Part shown: positions 13,185 through 27,469 of the stretch, piece by piece
Layout: every line of letters starts with the position of its first letter
Numbering within the stretch: position 1 is the stretch's first letter
Source: Laetmonice hystrix
Taxonomy: Eukaryota
Assembly (NCBI GenBank): GCA_965235115.1
Contig: OZ249436.1
Span: forward strand, 27,964,001 to 28,028,000
Length of the DNA: 64,000 nt
Direction: 5' to 3'
Program-made: the position numbers and the translations under genes
Notes under the pieces: model-generated
Database searches by the model: none
Told to the model about the DNA's origin: nothing
The model's input: only the letters and a program-made list of their open reading frames with translations

Positions 13185-14190
13185 TTGAAGGGTGATGCCA
13201 TACTATAGGATCCCTTTGCGCATACCATAACGTACAATAAAGTACCACGAAGACGGATGCCTACCAGGGGAGACCTATAGTACCTTGTTTGTAAATAATT
13301 AATACTTACCATGTGACAATGGCAGGTGTTATGGGGCGGATCCAGGTTTGCGCCAACCGGGAGGGGGGTTGTGGAGTGCCATGGCGGGGGGTTGTATAGG
13401 TGCCGGGGGTATATGGTTGTATCAACGCAGGAAACCGCTCAGTTTTAAGCTAAGCCACATCTCTTTCTATTTCCCTGATATCATTTTTATAGTCTTTCCA
13501 GTGAAATAAGACCAATCCTTACCGAAAGTAGATTACAGCGTAAGACCTACGAATGACTTTTTTACCACGCGTTTCTTACTCTTACAAAGATTGGAAACGT
13601 TGCCTTTCTTCAATGATCACTACGACACAACGGTTTAACCAGCTGACTTAAGCGGTATTAGAAATTTATTTTAATAACACCTAACCCCCCAAAAACGGCA
13701 TGCTTTGAACGAGTGCAATTAACTCGGGTCTGCCGGAGTCTGATGGAAAATCATTAAGAGTGAAATCACACTGACCTTGATTGGATATGAATTAAGGAAA
13801 GTAAAACATGACGCTGACATGGTTTCGAAATTCATGGTTTTTGCAGGTGGAAGTCTTGGATCACCTGGATCGTACGAAAAAGATTAATTATTTGTGACAG
13901 ACGAGAGAGAACGCTTGAAATGTTCAAGGCCATCCACAGGAAAAGAAATTGTTTTCATTGATAAGGAAGAACAAATCGGATCAAAATTAGTTTAGAAGAT
14001 CGAATATCCATTCTAATTCTGTCGATATTTAAATGCCGCCCATGCAGTATTCTTGGACAGTCGACAGTATTGCTGCTATGTGTCATTGATGTCATATGAC
14101 ATTCTTTTGTTTTTCTTATATACAAAGAAGCAGGGTCGTCAATAGAAAATCATTCAGACTTTCTATGGTCACCCCAACGTCATAATCAGC

Positions 14191-14427
14191 TGAGTGAATA
14201 GTTGGTGTTTAACGCCCAAACAGCAGTATTTCAGCTATATCAGGGCGAGAACAAGGTAACTAACTCAGGTGAAATCCATTGTGTGATAATGATGAGGTGA
14301 TAGGAAGAAACCCGCGCACCGGGAAGACCCCCTAATCTTTTCGATAAATGCCAAAGCCGCGGCTCGAAATCAGAACCGTTTGCATGAAGATGCTGCGCTC
14401 TAACCACTGCGTCACCCCGGACCCCCC
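14191..14427 (-). mobile_element. tRNA-derived SINE
   Basis: Minus strand begins GGGGTCCGGGGTGACGCAGTGGTTAGAGCG (A-box-like), then GATTTCGAGCC (B-box-like) about 40 bp later. 3' tail reads GATATAGCTGAAATACTGCTG...GGCGTTAAACACCAAC followed by short TCAC-type repeats. Confidence 0.75.
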
Positions 14428-17400
14428 ATAAAGTCAGGTGTGTTAATGAATAAAAAAAGAGTTTTCTGTGAATAGTTTTGACGATTTGTACATACAGCTC
14501 TCTTCCAGCAAATACACATAATTATGTTGGCTACCAACTTTGGCTAACGAAGCAATTAAACATTTGGCTCATTGACTGGCGAATCAGATTCGAAAGATAG
14601 CTAGCGCCCTGATTGGTCTTTATAGTGTAAAGCAGATTCTACAGAATTTGAATAGGCCCTTTAGAGGTCGCAAACAATAGAAAAGAGGCAAAGGAAACGT
14701 AATTAATCAACAAGTACATCATTAGAATAATTATGAATAAACAATCAGCAACGTAACATGATAATGAATCAGAATAAAACAAGTGACATGAAGTGCGCAA
14801 GCCACACGACGTGCATGCTTCTTGACGTATGTAGAGACACCCATACACTGGTTCTAGAAGACACGTCGGTCCAAAAGCTGTCCGTAAATAAGAACCAGAA
14901 TCTATCTAAAGCTATCTCGTTGGCTTTATAGGTTGCTTTCTAAGGCAGACCTGCGTTGCTTAACTTAACACCTTTATATTCGGACACCTTTCGAGGTCAG
15001 CAAAAAACTCATTATTCCTACTCGGAAGGGGGAATGTTATCAACGTAACACACACTGCTCGCCACCAAGTTGGGCCCGACTTGCATTTAAAAGATAATAA
15101 GTTCGGCCAAAGGGTCAGTGTAGATACGTTTGTCAAGTGGACTCATTCATGGAGGCGTAGGCATCCGTGGGTTTTCTGGGCGCACGAACCGTTGGAACAG
15201 GCGTTAGGCGCCGATTTATCACGACTCGAGGTACCATGAACATTACGCATCGCGGGCACTTGGATCTATACGTTCACGGATACGTCAGTGATCATGGTGA
15301 ACCTTGGCTGGTGTCTCCGCCACCACCCCACCCACCCAAACCCACCCACCCCACCCACGCACCAACGGTTGGACGACATCCTTATTGACTATTTCAATTT
15401 AAAACGTGCAGATCTATAGATTGGCAGTACTCCTTTGGTTTTTTTTTTCTGAGGTCCACATCGCCATAAAAAGACCTCGGATCCTTTTGTGTGAATATTG
15501 CAGACCAATAATACGAAAGAGCCCCCATAAAATTGATCACACAGGTGAAAGCGCCTGGTTTGGATGTGCTCATCTGCTGATGTATCACATTTAGCGTTCT
15601 GTATCTACCATTGTGACATTTTAAAATGATCTATACGCTCCACGGCGCCTGAATGCAGTGCGCATGCGTGAGCTGTGGCCTTTACGTCGCGTTATTCACA
15701 GCGGCTAGATCTGTTCCAACTAATTCACAACGTGAAGGTTTTTGTGGAGAGCAAACCTTCAGGGTCTGCCCGTGTGCCTTTAAGCACACAATTCTTCCTC
15801 GGCCTCTTAATGTGGGCAACAAGCAGGGCCGAGTGGCAGACAAGCGAAAAGCAGGACGAAAAATCTACGTTAACTACCCCATCTTAGCAATATTAAAAAA
15901 TCACATTCCTAATAGCATGTCGGGCAGGACCCTATCGACCCTCTTGGGGCACAGGTCATGAACGTGACGAAGTTGAATTGCTATGCACAACGGTAAGTCT
16001 AGATGAGGTCGAGGCTGTATAGTGAGATTGTTTTCTCGTTGAACAAGTCTCCTTGCGTGCTCCCGGTTTGCTGATGGAAACGCAGTAATTGACGCAGAGG
16101 GCGGCAAAGGCAAACTGCTTTACTCCCACGTAAGGAAGTTTTTGGATAGATACATTGAAAGGGGGCACTGTAGGTGAGTCCCTGGGTACCAGTGAAAACA
16201 TAAAGAGAATGACCCTGAGGAGTCAAGGCCACGATGCCCAATCTTTAAGTGGGGATTTCCTGGTGCTCGTAAGGAGCACGAGAAGGATAAAGTCAACGCA
16301 TTTCTTCTTTTCATTCCTACGATAGCGACTGATGGTACGTAGAACACAGGTACACAAATCATTAATCGCATGTTGCCTGCTGGTGATCAGAGGTAAGCAC
16401 TGCGGAACCTCTCCTAGATTGTTTCAATTGTTAGAAATGTTCCATTATCAATAAATTACTATATCTCGTTCTGGCTTAAGTCCTGTACGATATTCCGGAT
16501 TCGATGTGGAATGATTAATTTACAGAAACTCAAACACGACCGATGAATTCTGTCTGGACATTGCCTGCAGTAACATTCTTGCACCATTAATGACGCTCCC
16601 TCAAATCCCGCCAATATCCCGAAACAGATACGCGGGCTCGCAGGTTATGTAGCATCTGGAATTGGTATGGCATGGCAGCTGTGACACTAATTGTATTGCC
16701 TGCTCAGGGCCTGACCTGAAGCGAACGTATGAACATTAATTGAATAAGCTGACCCGGAGAAGATGATGCACTGACATAAAATAATCTCCCGGCATAAATG
16801 GCAGATTCCACTTATAACTGCGAAAGATAGAAAATCTCATCCGCCTCCAATGTCCTGTTAATTACATACCGCTAACAGGAAATTGGAAATTTTATGTTTC
16901 ATTTACATGAAATTATACAACATTATGAATATGCATACTCTGCAAGCAAATATGATTACACACGTATGTGGATGGACCGAAAACTGATGGTGTTCCTAAA
17001 GCCTGGTTCTTCTGATGGAGACTGCAGTTTCTCACGAACTTCTAATGGTAGATAAGAATACAGCTACTGTAGCCCTACACTCCCGCTTTACTAATGGCAA
17101 TATAAATGCGCTCTGCCAATTGCGAGGCGCTCGCCATGCCATTGGCAGCTGCCTACCTTTTCACCCCTCGTGTCCAACTAGACCGAAGAAACTCGGCGGG
17201 GTCTCTGGTCCTCTATAATACAGAGATGTCTTGTCCATCTGCTATCGTTCAGTTCCTCGGCACAGTGAAACGTAGCCATCCCTAGAACAAATACCTGAAA
17301 TGATTTGGATTGCTACATGCAGTGTCTGACCAGGCATGCAAAAGCAATGGCCTGAATCAATTTTGTCTAAACAGGCACCGTCTTCTGCTGAGTTGAATCT

Positions 17401-19949
17401 TACACGTTATCGAATCTATACGGAGTTTTTGCAACCTCCCACTTTCTGTACGTATAATGCATGTCTACTGCTGAAACTTCTGTCTGTCTCTTTTAGATGT
17501 ATTTGCTTTTAGAATTCGAACTATTTGATAAAACCAATAATGACTAATGTGCACTGCAGGAAGTAATAGACAGTCGGGCCTACCAGCATCAAATTCGACA
17601 CCCTTATAGGGGTGGTGGTGGTGGGGGAGGGGCAGGCCATATGGGAACCACAGTTTCAGGGCAAAGTCAGTTCGATGGCCCAACAGGGTACAACCTTCAT
17701 CCAGGCATAGGAGGAGGGCCCCCCGTTTCGTTCCCTTTGTTTGATATGACATCATGTAAGTTTATACATTGCTCTTAATATTACAACCAATAGTGATTTC
17801 TTAGTGATATTAAACTGTGATGAGCAAGTTCACCAGAACTATATGGAAGAGTGGGGAAGGAAAGGCATTGTTCACCTGGTGGTAAAGACAGGCGATGATG
17901 CGGTCTGGCATGGTTGACCACTGAGCATGGCTGGTCAGTCAGGTGCATGAAAGGGTCGTTTTCATTTTCATTCACCGTATGCAGGTTTTAAATGTTAAAG
18001 AATTCTCAGGTGTTCAAGCCCGGAGAAATGTTAATACAAGGAAAAGAACATGCTTCTGAAAAGACTATAACTATTATGTAAAATCATTACCATAACAATT
18101 ACTCTCCTATTACCAGGGCCCAGCAACCCCAGCACTCCTAGTTATTAATAACAATGTAATAATTCTAATCCATCAGCATGCGGCACTTTATATTTCCTTA
18201 CAGGTCCTTAACGATGGAAACCTGTCATCCATGTTTTCGTTACAGCGACTCGGACGCTGTGGAAAGGTGTTTCCGGCACGAAAGCGTCGGTTCAGATTTC
18301 CATTACAAGAAAGTCGTATATGGGGTGTAGTATTCTCTCGCGCCACTCCAATCCCACCCCCTTGAGACTACAAGCGTCGTTTGCCGGTCGGAAGACCACG
18401 ATTTGTCATGTTTCCTGGTTTGAAAAACAGACATAATGACCCTCGGATTGAAAGGACCAAAGCCCCTAATGGTCCTCTCCTGGCCCTGCGCTTTCACTAA
18501 TTGAAAGGATGTGGGTTGTTCCGCCGCAGTTCCGGGGCATGCAAGGACTAGTAAAATTTGCCGGGGAAGGCCCTGGATATGCAACGCCTGTCCTGTACCC
18601 CTTGTAAATCACTTGCATGGGCATGCATACACGCGGAGATACTCCAATTAAGTATCTGACTAATTAATTGGCCATTATACGTCATGGTTTAAAGTGTTTG
18701 TTTAAAGTGTAAGGAGAACATAAAGAAGGAATAAGAAACGAAGTGTTGAACAATCAATAATAAGAACCGGGATGTACGGACAACAACACCTGGCCCTTTG
18801 TCCGCTAGCTTCTTCCGAAACGTTCGGTAAAATTGCTGACTTTGCCGGAGGTTAAAAATTCATGCTCGGTTGGTCGGAAGACGCTCACCTCCGCCCTTGA
18901 TGATGCCGACCCAAATGGCATTATTGAAGAAACGTCATAACGTTAGAAGAGAAGATTTGAGTAATTATAGGCAATTATGTTTTAGTCTTAACGTTAATTT
19001 GTACCCGTGGTCTCTTTAATGTCAGACATCTTTATCACTCATGGCAAAGTTATTGTGAGTGCGGAATGGACGTTTCTCATCAGAAAAGACTGCTTTTTTC
19101 ACCGTGTGCGCTCATGTTTCATGAACCACTGGTCACTTGAAACCCGGAAGTTCATGTTTTCTAGTACTACCATGTTGACAGCTAGTTCTTAAATCCACAT
19201 TTTGCATATTAACTTTTTTACCCTGTACCTCATTAATTGTTCTTATGAACTGCCTGAACCACCCAGGCGGCCATGGAACTTTTATTATAATTGGCTCCAA
19301 AGTGAAGAGAAAACACGCTGGAAAAACTCGAAACCTGGTGGCAAAAGGAGTCGGTCGCACTTCATCCGTGGGCTCTTACCTAAACAACGCAAGATTTGCT
19401 ACTTGATTGGTGGCTGTTTTCGCCGGTTGACTATATAAACAAAATTCTCCAGCCTGATGGTAGCGATAGTAGCGGAACACCTACTGGCAAGTAATTCATG
19501 CCAATTCGGCTTTACCGGAATCTGCTGCAATGAGCTTTGCTTGGTCAGGACTGGGCCGGGAACCGCGTGGCGATGAATTTATTTTCTGCTCGTCGGAAAG
19601 GTTCTTGGCAAAGCGGCTGTTATCCAATCACACGGGCGCCAGCCATGGATTAACGGAGAGAGCGACCCAATCTAGTAGTTCTACCTTGGGCGGTAAAATC
19701 GAATAATTTTCAATTTGTTGCGTGGATTAAACAGTGTCGGGCACAGAGACGGTCCTGATTGGTCCTTAACGACAGCGGCGAGACGCTCTGAAGTGTCATT
19801 AGCAAGGTGTGGCCGAGATCGTGACGACAGGTGAAGACAGACAGCCTAAAAACTCTGACGCTCCGCCTACCTGGGAATAATATTTGGAAAAAGGTATAAA
19901 AATACGGGTTGCAATTGTTTATGGGTCTATTATCCTATACTACATACAT

Positions 19950-21750
19950 TTTTTGTTGTTGTTGTAAGAGGTTCTTTATTTCAAGGATTAGCATGTACAT
20001 ATATAAAAGTTCGGAGAGAGGAAACCAACAAGGGCTTATGTTTTCTCCAGTAAAATAAAGCTTTAACATTTCTGACGGACAGTGTTTTGACAGAGACAAC
20101 TCGCAAAACATAAACATAAACATATATACAACATAATCTTTAGTGTGAAAAGTTCAGAGTTAAGCTAGAGTCATATCCATATTTAAAGATTCATGAAATA
20201 ATACCCTTTAAGTTGTTTAGCGTAGGTGTGAATTGAACAATTGATTTCAATAACATTCAGAAGAGAGTTATATATTTTTGGTCCTTGAAGAGCTAATGAT
20301 CTTTCATATGCACAACAGTTTGACTTAGGTACTTTGTAACAGTGACGCTGCCTTGTACCTTGAGATATATTCCCTACAAAAATACGGCTTACAACATTTG
20401 GAGTTTCCCCATGAAAAACTTTACACATTAAAAGGGCACATCGGAAGTAATAAAGTTCCTTTAAAGGCAGAATATTCAAGCTTTTGAACCCATTTATCGA
20501 TGATGTTAATCTTGGCGTTAAGTTTATAGTCCTTACACATCTTTTTTGCAATTTTATAATTGGTTGAAGGTGACATTTAGAGGCAGAGCCCCAAATTGGA
20601 ATTCCGTTAGTAATATAACATTGTACCAGGGTGTAGTATATACATAGCAAAGATGAATTACTTAAGGTTTTGCGTAACTTTTGTATAATTCCACACGACT
20701 TGGCAATTTTATTTGAAATATAGTTTAAATGATCTATCCACGTTAATTTATCATCAAGTATGTAACCGAGAAATTTATATGTTCTAACCCGTTCAATTGG
20801 TATACCATTTATACTTAGAACTTTTGTAGAATTTCCACAATTCTTCTTTTTAGAAAAAATCATGTATTTTGACTTTTTGATGTTAATAGATAATTTGTTA
20901 GCATTAAGCCAGTCATAAATTTGGTCTAATTCCCCGTTTGCTTGGTCAATCATATTATCGATGTTATTTCCCTGAAGAAAATCGCTAGTGTCATCTGCAT
21001 ATAATATTGGCATTATAATATCAGAGATATGCATAATTTCATTAATATATATTAAAAATAGAAGGGGTCCGAGAATGGAACCCCATGTGGAACTCCTGTA
21101 TATAATTTTAAAGATTTCGATTTACAATGATTAAAGACTAATGTCTGGTCTCTGTTATTTAAATAATTCCTAAACCATGTGAGCGCTGTACCGCGGATGC
21201 CATAATAGTTTAATTTATTGAGAAGAATGTCATAATTAACGGTATCAAAAGCTTTGGAGAAATCAAGGAAAATACCAATTGCACAATCATTTTGATTGAA
21301 AGCTGTTGTGATCTTGTCATTGAGAGTGAGCAAGGCTAATTCAGTCGAGTGTTTGGTCCTAAAGCCAAATTGGTAAGCATAGAGAAGATTATGTTTTTGA
21401 AGAAATTTGTAGAGTCTTTCATGCATAAGTTTTTCAAATATTTTAGAAATAAGTGGAAGAATTGAAATTGGCCTGTAGTTTGTAAATAAATGAGGATTGT
21501 CTGTTTTAAAAAGCGGTTTACATCGAGCCTTTTTCAATTGGCATGGAACAACTCCGGTTTCAAAGGATAAATTAATAACATGACATAATAAAGGTATAAT
21601 CATATTTTGAATTACTTTCATTATTTTTAGAGGGTAACCATCCATGCCTGGTGCAGAATTTTTTAAACAAGTTATAGTTCTTTGTACCTCCTCGGCATTT
21701 GTAGGATTTAAAAATATGGAATTAGGATTGGGTGACTTAAGATAATGCAT
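19950..21750 (-). mobile_element. 5'-truncated non-LTR retrotransposon (CR1/L2/Crack group)
   Basis: RT-coding ORF2 3' part, then a 3' UTR of about 200 bp with AATAAA (+ strand TTTATT 19975-19980) and a (CAA)n/A tail (+ strand TTTTTTGTTGTTGTTG). AT-rich relative to the flanks. Confidence 0.93.
20183..21750 (-). pseudogene. LINE ORF2 reverse transcriptase, frameshifted, endonuclease domain absent
   Basis: Motifs APGMDG, NYRPISIL, QFGFR, FLDFSKAFDTV, YYGIRG, LYADDT and KFLG across ORFs 21052-21750 and 20183-21034. An apparent 2-nt insertion near 21085 breaks GVPQGSILGPLLF. Confidence 0.95.
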
Positions 21751-22499
21751 GTACGAACGTTACACAATTATTAAATGGCAGTATATAATGAAGACGGTTT
21801 AAATAGTATGAAGCTTCGCCTATACCTACATATTCATGTATACATCATTTGAGATGGCCACTACTCATCGATCAGTTATTCTACTGCATACATATATAGC
21901 GTATAATAACACAGGTAACTCTACACGTAGGTCTGTCTACACATGGATGCAGAAACACGTAAAGTCAGATCAGTTCACTCGACGGACACAGAATAGTGAA
22001 ATGGCTGTATCCAGAATTTAATTGGCGGAGAAAATATAGCTGCCCCTAAAATTGTTTTTCTGTCACACCATGTACTCTCCTGCTTCAAGAGATGTTAGGC
22101 GGCAAGCTGCTCGTCAGAGGTGTGTCAATGGGTGGTAAGGAAGCCCCGGAAACTATATGAAGGAAAGTGTCCAGTAAAAAATATTTACCGAGGAGACAGG
22201 AGACATGTATACAATGTAAGACCTTGTCACGGTCCTTGACAGGACAACGCCTAGCTGTATCATTACGGAGTATAAACACTTTTTCTATGGAAGCGATTTT
22301 TTTTAAGAAAAGCGGGATATGATTCTTCTGCCCTGTGTAGTTTCTTTGCTAACCGAACAGTGTGCCATTACGTTTGATCATAACATTATTTCCGGTACGG
22401 CATGACCCTTGCCGTGGCACCATGTGGTTACTTAGAGAGAAGAAACGCGACATACAGTAGGCATTAGATGGAAGTCAAACTAGAAATGCGTTGTTCCTA

Positions 22500-22564
22500 C
22501 ACTGGCAGATCCAGGGGCGTCTCTGTAACCCCCCCCCCTTGGAAAAATCCTGGATCCGCCCTAG
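22500..22564. mobile_element. Tiny internally deleted hAT-like MITE
   Basis: GGCAGATCCAGG...CCTGGATCCGCC inverted ends around a poly-C. A related lone left end GGGGCGGATCCAGG occurs near 13333. Confidence 0.5.
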
Positions 22565-24139
22565 GCTCCTTTCCTGTTCAGTGTCCCAGAAGTGCGGCCA
22601 TGATGGCTAATATCAACGGAGCTCCCAAGTCACCTCGAACATTTAAATATATATATACAACTGAAAGTATTTTGTCTTAAGAGATGTTTTACAAACAAGT
22701 CATGGTTAAGGGCGTCTTCTAACGAAGCAGCAGGGGATATGTAAACTGCATCATTAAGTGTGGGTGGTCTCGAACCCGAACTGATAGGAGATCTACTAAA
22801 AAGAACAGTTCGCTCTCCCCTCTTGGTGAACCCTTGAACGCGGAGCTGGAATGTATCTAGTAGGTTCTCCGTCTCAACTCATCCCCTGTCTACCAATGTC
22901 CTGGGGTCTTCTCACAATGTCACGTGTTAATTGATAGGAGATACGTCTGACGGTTGCAGTTCCGGCATCAGCTTATTTTCCCCCAATCATCAAGTCATCT
23001 GATAGTCATGTTCGTGGCGCCAGTGTTTAGGTGGGGGGTGCGGGGGATGGGGTGGTTAGGGTGCATTTGTTACGAGCCAGCGCTGCAGGGGTTCCGGGAA
23101 ACGGGGGTTCGAAGCTCTTCTCATTATAATCGATCAGCAAATTGCAATGGTCCCTCCCTGGTACGCACAATACTCTCCCCGGATCGAGAAAGAGTTATGA
23201 ATCCGGATATCTCTAAAATAATTAATTTAGAGTACAATCTGTTCATATTGTAGCGTATGTATCGTTACGTCAACACATTCTCCCCCAGTGTACGTGAATA
23301 GACTTGCTACAGGTAATCTATAGATTTGAGCGTTAAGGGGAATCTGCAGAACAGTTAAAGGAGAAGATCCTTCATTATGGCACGTCTTCAGGCTAAAATA
23401 GAAGAGCGTCTTTCTCACCAATATAACCATGCTGGTGGTTGAATATTTGACCAACACATGTGAAACGCCGCATTTCTGCGATTGTTCCTTTTGAGATATT
23501 GGTCAGTTCGGTAGATGTGTTCAAATGGAAATAACTAATCTTTTATTGTTCATACAATGGATGTCGGTTTAGGGGACAAAATATGGGGTTTGTCAGTCTG
23601 CGACAGCAAACCCACACCACATGGGCATTGTTTGACCACTTGTCTGTGTTGACGGATGGGACGATAGGCGGCGCTTTAACCCGATATGCTTGATGGTTAA
23701 ACGGATAACGCGACCTCTGCGTATCCAAGTCGCCTGCCGCAGCCTACTCGATGTAGGGCCAACACCCTCCTATTTGTTTTTTCGAGGTCGGTTTGCCGAA
23801 ATGGTGGTTGATATTTACGCATTATGATACGTGTTAAAAGCATTGTTTGAGATCGGAAAGAGATAAAGTAGGGCGATGGGCCATACGTTATCAGACAGAG
23901 CTAGCAGTCAATGTCCTGTACGAAAATAAACTGAAACCCCCCTATCACCCCACAACGGTATAGCTTCACAGTAAATATGTTGCCGCATTTTTGTTCTAGT
24001 GCACTGAAGCTGACAAGGAAAATTTGCATTTGGTCGAAGGTGAAACAAAAGGATGTGTATTTCTGATGTAATCACTTCAAAAGTAATTTTTTTTAATACT
24101 TTGCCTGCAAAAAATGTGATAATAATGTACATGCACTGG

Positions 24140-24357
24140 ATACATAGGGAAGAATTCCACTTACCTCGGCGTCATACCCGTGTGAAATTCCAATATTACA
24201 TGCATAGGTCATCAGTCAGTGGACCGGGAAAATAACACAGGGTATTCCTCTGTAATGTTGGTTGTTCCATTGTAATGACCTGCTCCTGATAATGAGGAAT
24301 AGAAGTTAGAATATTCCCGCCAGGTATGACGCCGAGAGGGATTCTCCCTCATGTATC
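24140..24357. mobile_element. Degenerate MITE / inverted repeat
   Basis: GATACATAGGGAAGAATTC..CTCGGCGTCATACC pairs imperfectly with GGTATGACGCCGAG..GATTCTCCCTCATGTATC. Confidence 0.55.
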
Positions 24358-25328
24358 GTATCAATCCGATATATCCGGATATGTATTGATTAGATAAAAC
24401 CCATTCCCTTAATTAGTTACAATGGTTTCATTTCTACCATGATATGGTTATTATACACCTACCATGTACACGTAGACTATTGGATAGCCCAAGGGAATTA
24501 TGAAATTTGCGCCGTAACTACCCGATTGCCGGTCGTTTTTTTATCTAAATTGACTCGTTTCGCAATCCGAGTGTCTAATCATCGATATAACGAGACCATT
24601 CGGAGAACTAATTTACCAATATAATGCTGAGCTGTTATTTCAGATGGCAATCAGACTATCTTCGGCATTTTGCTACCACAAAGCTTCATATGAATTTTAA
24701 TGAAGCTTTTGCGGATTTTTATTGAATTTATTTTTGTTAGGATACTAGCATGGTGGTTCCTATAGATAACTGAATCTCGTTAGTTTTTGTCATTTGCTAA
24801 GTTTCAGCCTATGCATTCTGTTAGTGTCTACATTAATTTTTACCCTACTTTATTCATATTGATAGCATACTGCAGGGATTAGCTGTCAGTCAGCATTTAG
24901 CAGCAGTCAGCAGTCAGCATGAAGGTAATTCCCCCAGTAATTTGTAGTAAATTATTTCCACGAATTTAGGAGTGGAGATAGTGATAGGCATCAGGAATTC
25001 TTTTTCTATGGGGGGGGGGGGGCTGGGTACGGAGGTTAGGGGTTAAGTCTACGTTTGGAGTTAAGAATAGTGATATAGATTTTGAGTTCTGATCGCGAAT
25101 TTCGCGGATACCATGGAAGTCAAATGACGCGAACGATATGGATTACTACACATGTGTGACAAAGAGTAGGGAGGTGAAGCGTATTGGTTGTTATGAAACC
25201 AACGCCCTTCCACCAACATAAACTCAACACTTCCATTTTTTTACGATAGGAAATGACTGGAGTATCGCTGCGTATTGCGCGGGGGCGGGGATGCCTATAT
25301 TGCGAGGTTGTATGAAGAGGAGGGAGGG

Positions 25329-25342
25329 AGAGACAGAGACAG

Positions 25343-25392
<50 letters not shown>
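25329..25392. repeat. (AG)n microsatellite
   Basis: Pure AG run about 25347-25392, preceded by AGAC variants. Confidence 0.98.
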
Positions 25393-25395
<3 letters not shown>

Positions 25396-25473
25396 ACATG
25401 TAAGTGTAGGTGTAGCATCAGGGATGCGGGTGTACATGGCGCTACATCCCATGTTTGTGGGGTCGGTGTCAGT

Positions 25474-25550
25474 CCATAGCGTCAGTTCTCCTCCATAGCG
25501 TCAGTTCTTCTCCATAGCGTCAGTTCTCCTCCATAGCGTCAGTTCTCCTC
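25474..25550. repeat. 19-bp tandem repeat x4
   Basis: Unit CCATAGCGTCAGTTCTCCT. Confidence 0.95.
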
Positions 25551-25654
25551 TATAAGAGAACATCCCTTACAATTGCCTGTTGAAAGCGACATGTCCACTA
25601 TGTTATGTTTCCATCTGTTTCATTGCGTGACACCCGGTCACCTTGACCTGGCCT

Positions 25655-25744
25655 CAGAGTACATAGATGTATCATGACATGCTCCAGAGTACATACATGT
25701 ATCATGACATGCTCCAGAGTACATACATGTATCATGACATGCTC
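25655..25744. repeat. 30-bp tandem repeat x3
   Basis: Unit CAGAGTACATACATGTATCATGACATGCTC. Confidence 0.95.
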
Positions 25745-27469
25745 GCAGACCTCAGAGACGTCTGCGATTGAATCCCTACCGTGCAAACACAATTACCTGG
25801 CTACAGTTGACGGTATAATGCATGTCACTAGAGTTGCACTTGTCTAAGAAACCAGTTATTCCCATATCAATCAATTTGTATAAATGCGTGAGACTGCGTG
25901 TCAGCATCATAATGTTTAGAATATTATAAACAATTGTCAACCTTCAGTGTATAGTGTCTGACGCCATGAGGATTATTTTTCTCTGACACCGAGATTTTCA
26001 TATTACGATTAATTCACTTTGAAGATTCAGAACCCACTTTTCCTGTCCTATTATCATTATGAAAGATCAAACTGCGTATTTAAGCTATTATCACTATGGA
26101 CCCGCATTTATCGTGACTACTTGTAGTTGAAGTTCCGCTGAAACACCGTCTTTCAATTTGAGGCCATTGGGAAAGAGCTTTGACAGCCCGACTGCATGAC
26201 CTGGTCAAAGGGTACCACGGTTCTGTCATCATTAGCTTCCAGACCTTTAAATCACCTCACGAAAGCTTAATTAAAATTCAAATGAGACTCTTTGTGAGAT
26301 TGATTTGCTGCTTAGTGTTGCCTTTTCGCTGGGGCGCTGAGGTCCTTAAATATTGAAGCTAATAGTATAAGGTATGGCTCGCTCCGTCTTTCCGTGTCTT
26401 GAGAGGGTGACCAAATCGCATAGGGCAAAAGACAAATTCAATAGCGCGAGGCAATTACTGGTGATGTTGTGCGACACCGTGCCTGCGTTGATCGAGTTTC
26501 AGAGGCGACGATTCCATGCTGGACAAGGAATTATCGACTCTGGTCACCAAGAGAGCCATTGGGAAGGCGACATGCTGGATAGGGATCATTTCGCCGGCAG
26601 GTATGACTCATTGTCATCGGCCATACGTCCTAGATTCCCTCGATTGTTGTGGCCATCAGTTGTCACAATGTATGAGTATTGACGGCTGATGTAGTGTTAG
26701 CGAGAGACCCACAGCGATGACGCTGTTATATGTCCAATAACTACTTGGAGCACACAAGGCCGGCAAAGGAAATCAGGCCAGGGCTCATCTGTCTTCATAA
26801 TACCCATGCATCATCCATATGTCCTGCCGAGAGTGGAGGCTCGTACAATCACTGCGCTATCCTGGCAGTATATAAGCTATCCCATGCTGTCAAATGTCTA
26901 TATAAAAACAGGTCACTATTTTGGTATTAACATTCGTGGAAAAGAAGTTTATTTGGGAGTCTTGTCTTATTCATTTTTTCGATTTCAATATTTTTCCACC
27001 ACAATATTCAGACAAAGAAAATGGTTTCTTTAGTGACATATCAACGCCACCGGAAGTCCGGAAGTGCGGGGGAAAAATGGCAAAAGGAGCGGGTGCCTAA
27101 ATAATATGCTGGTGTATACTTATCTCTAATGTGGGTTTCTTTCTGCTGATCCGGAGCAACTTCCCTGGGGCATCTGATAACATCGACCGCTCTCATATGT
27201 TCGCAGACAAGTTATGACATGAGCCGGGCACTAGCCTTAGCAGGTCGTCAATATGAACCCGGTGTGACCGGATTGTAAGTCTGACGGGATGCAAGTTCAG
27301 CATGCAGGTCGTAGGTGATCCGCTTCATAGTGTGAGACATTATGGGTATGAAGATACATTGATGATATCATATTAAGGACTACACTGCATGCAAACATGT
27401 TAACCCGAGGGCGACATCTGTAGGATCTGCATTTGTAGGATACAGATCCCTCGGCTCGGACCTGCATTT

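Noticed and set aside
22760..22800. Minus-strand B-box (GGGTTCGAGACC) suggesting a tRNA or SINE
   Set aside because: No convincing A-box, cloverleaf or tail.
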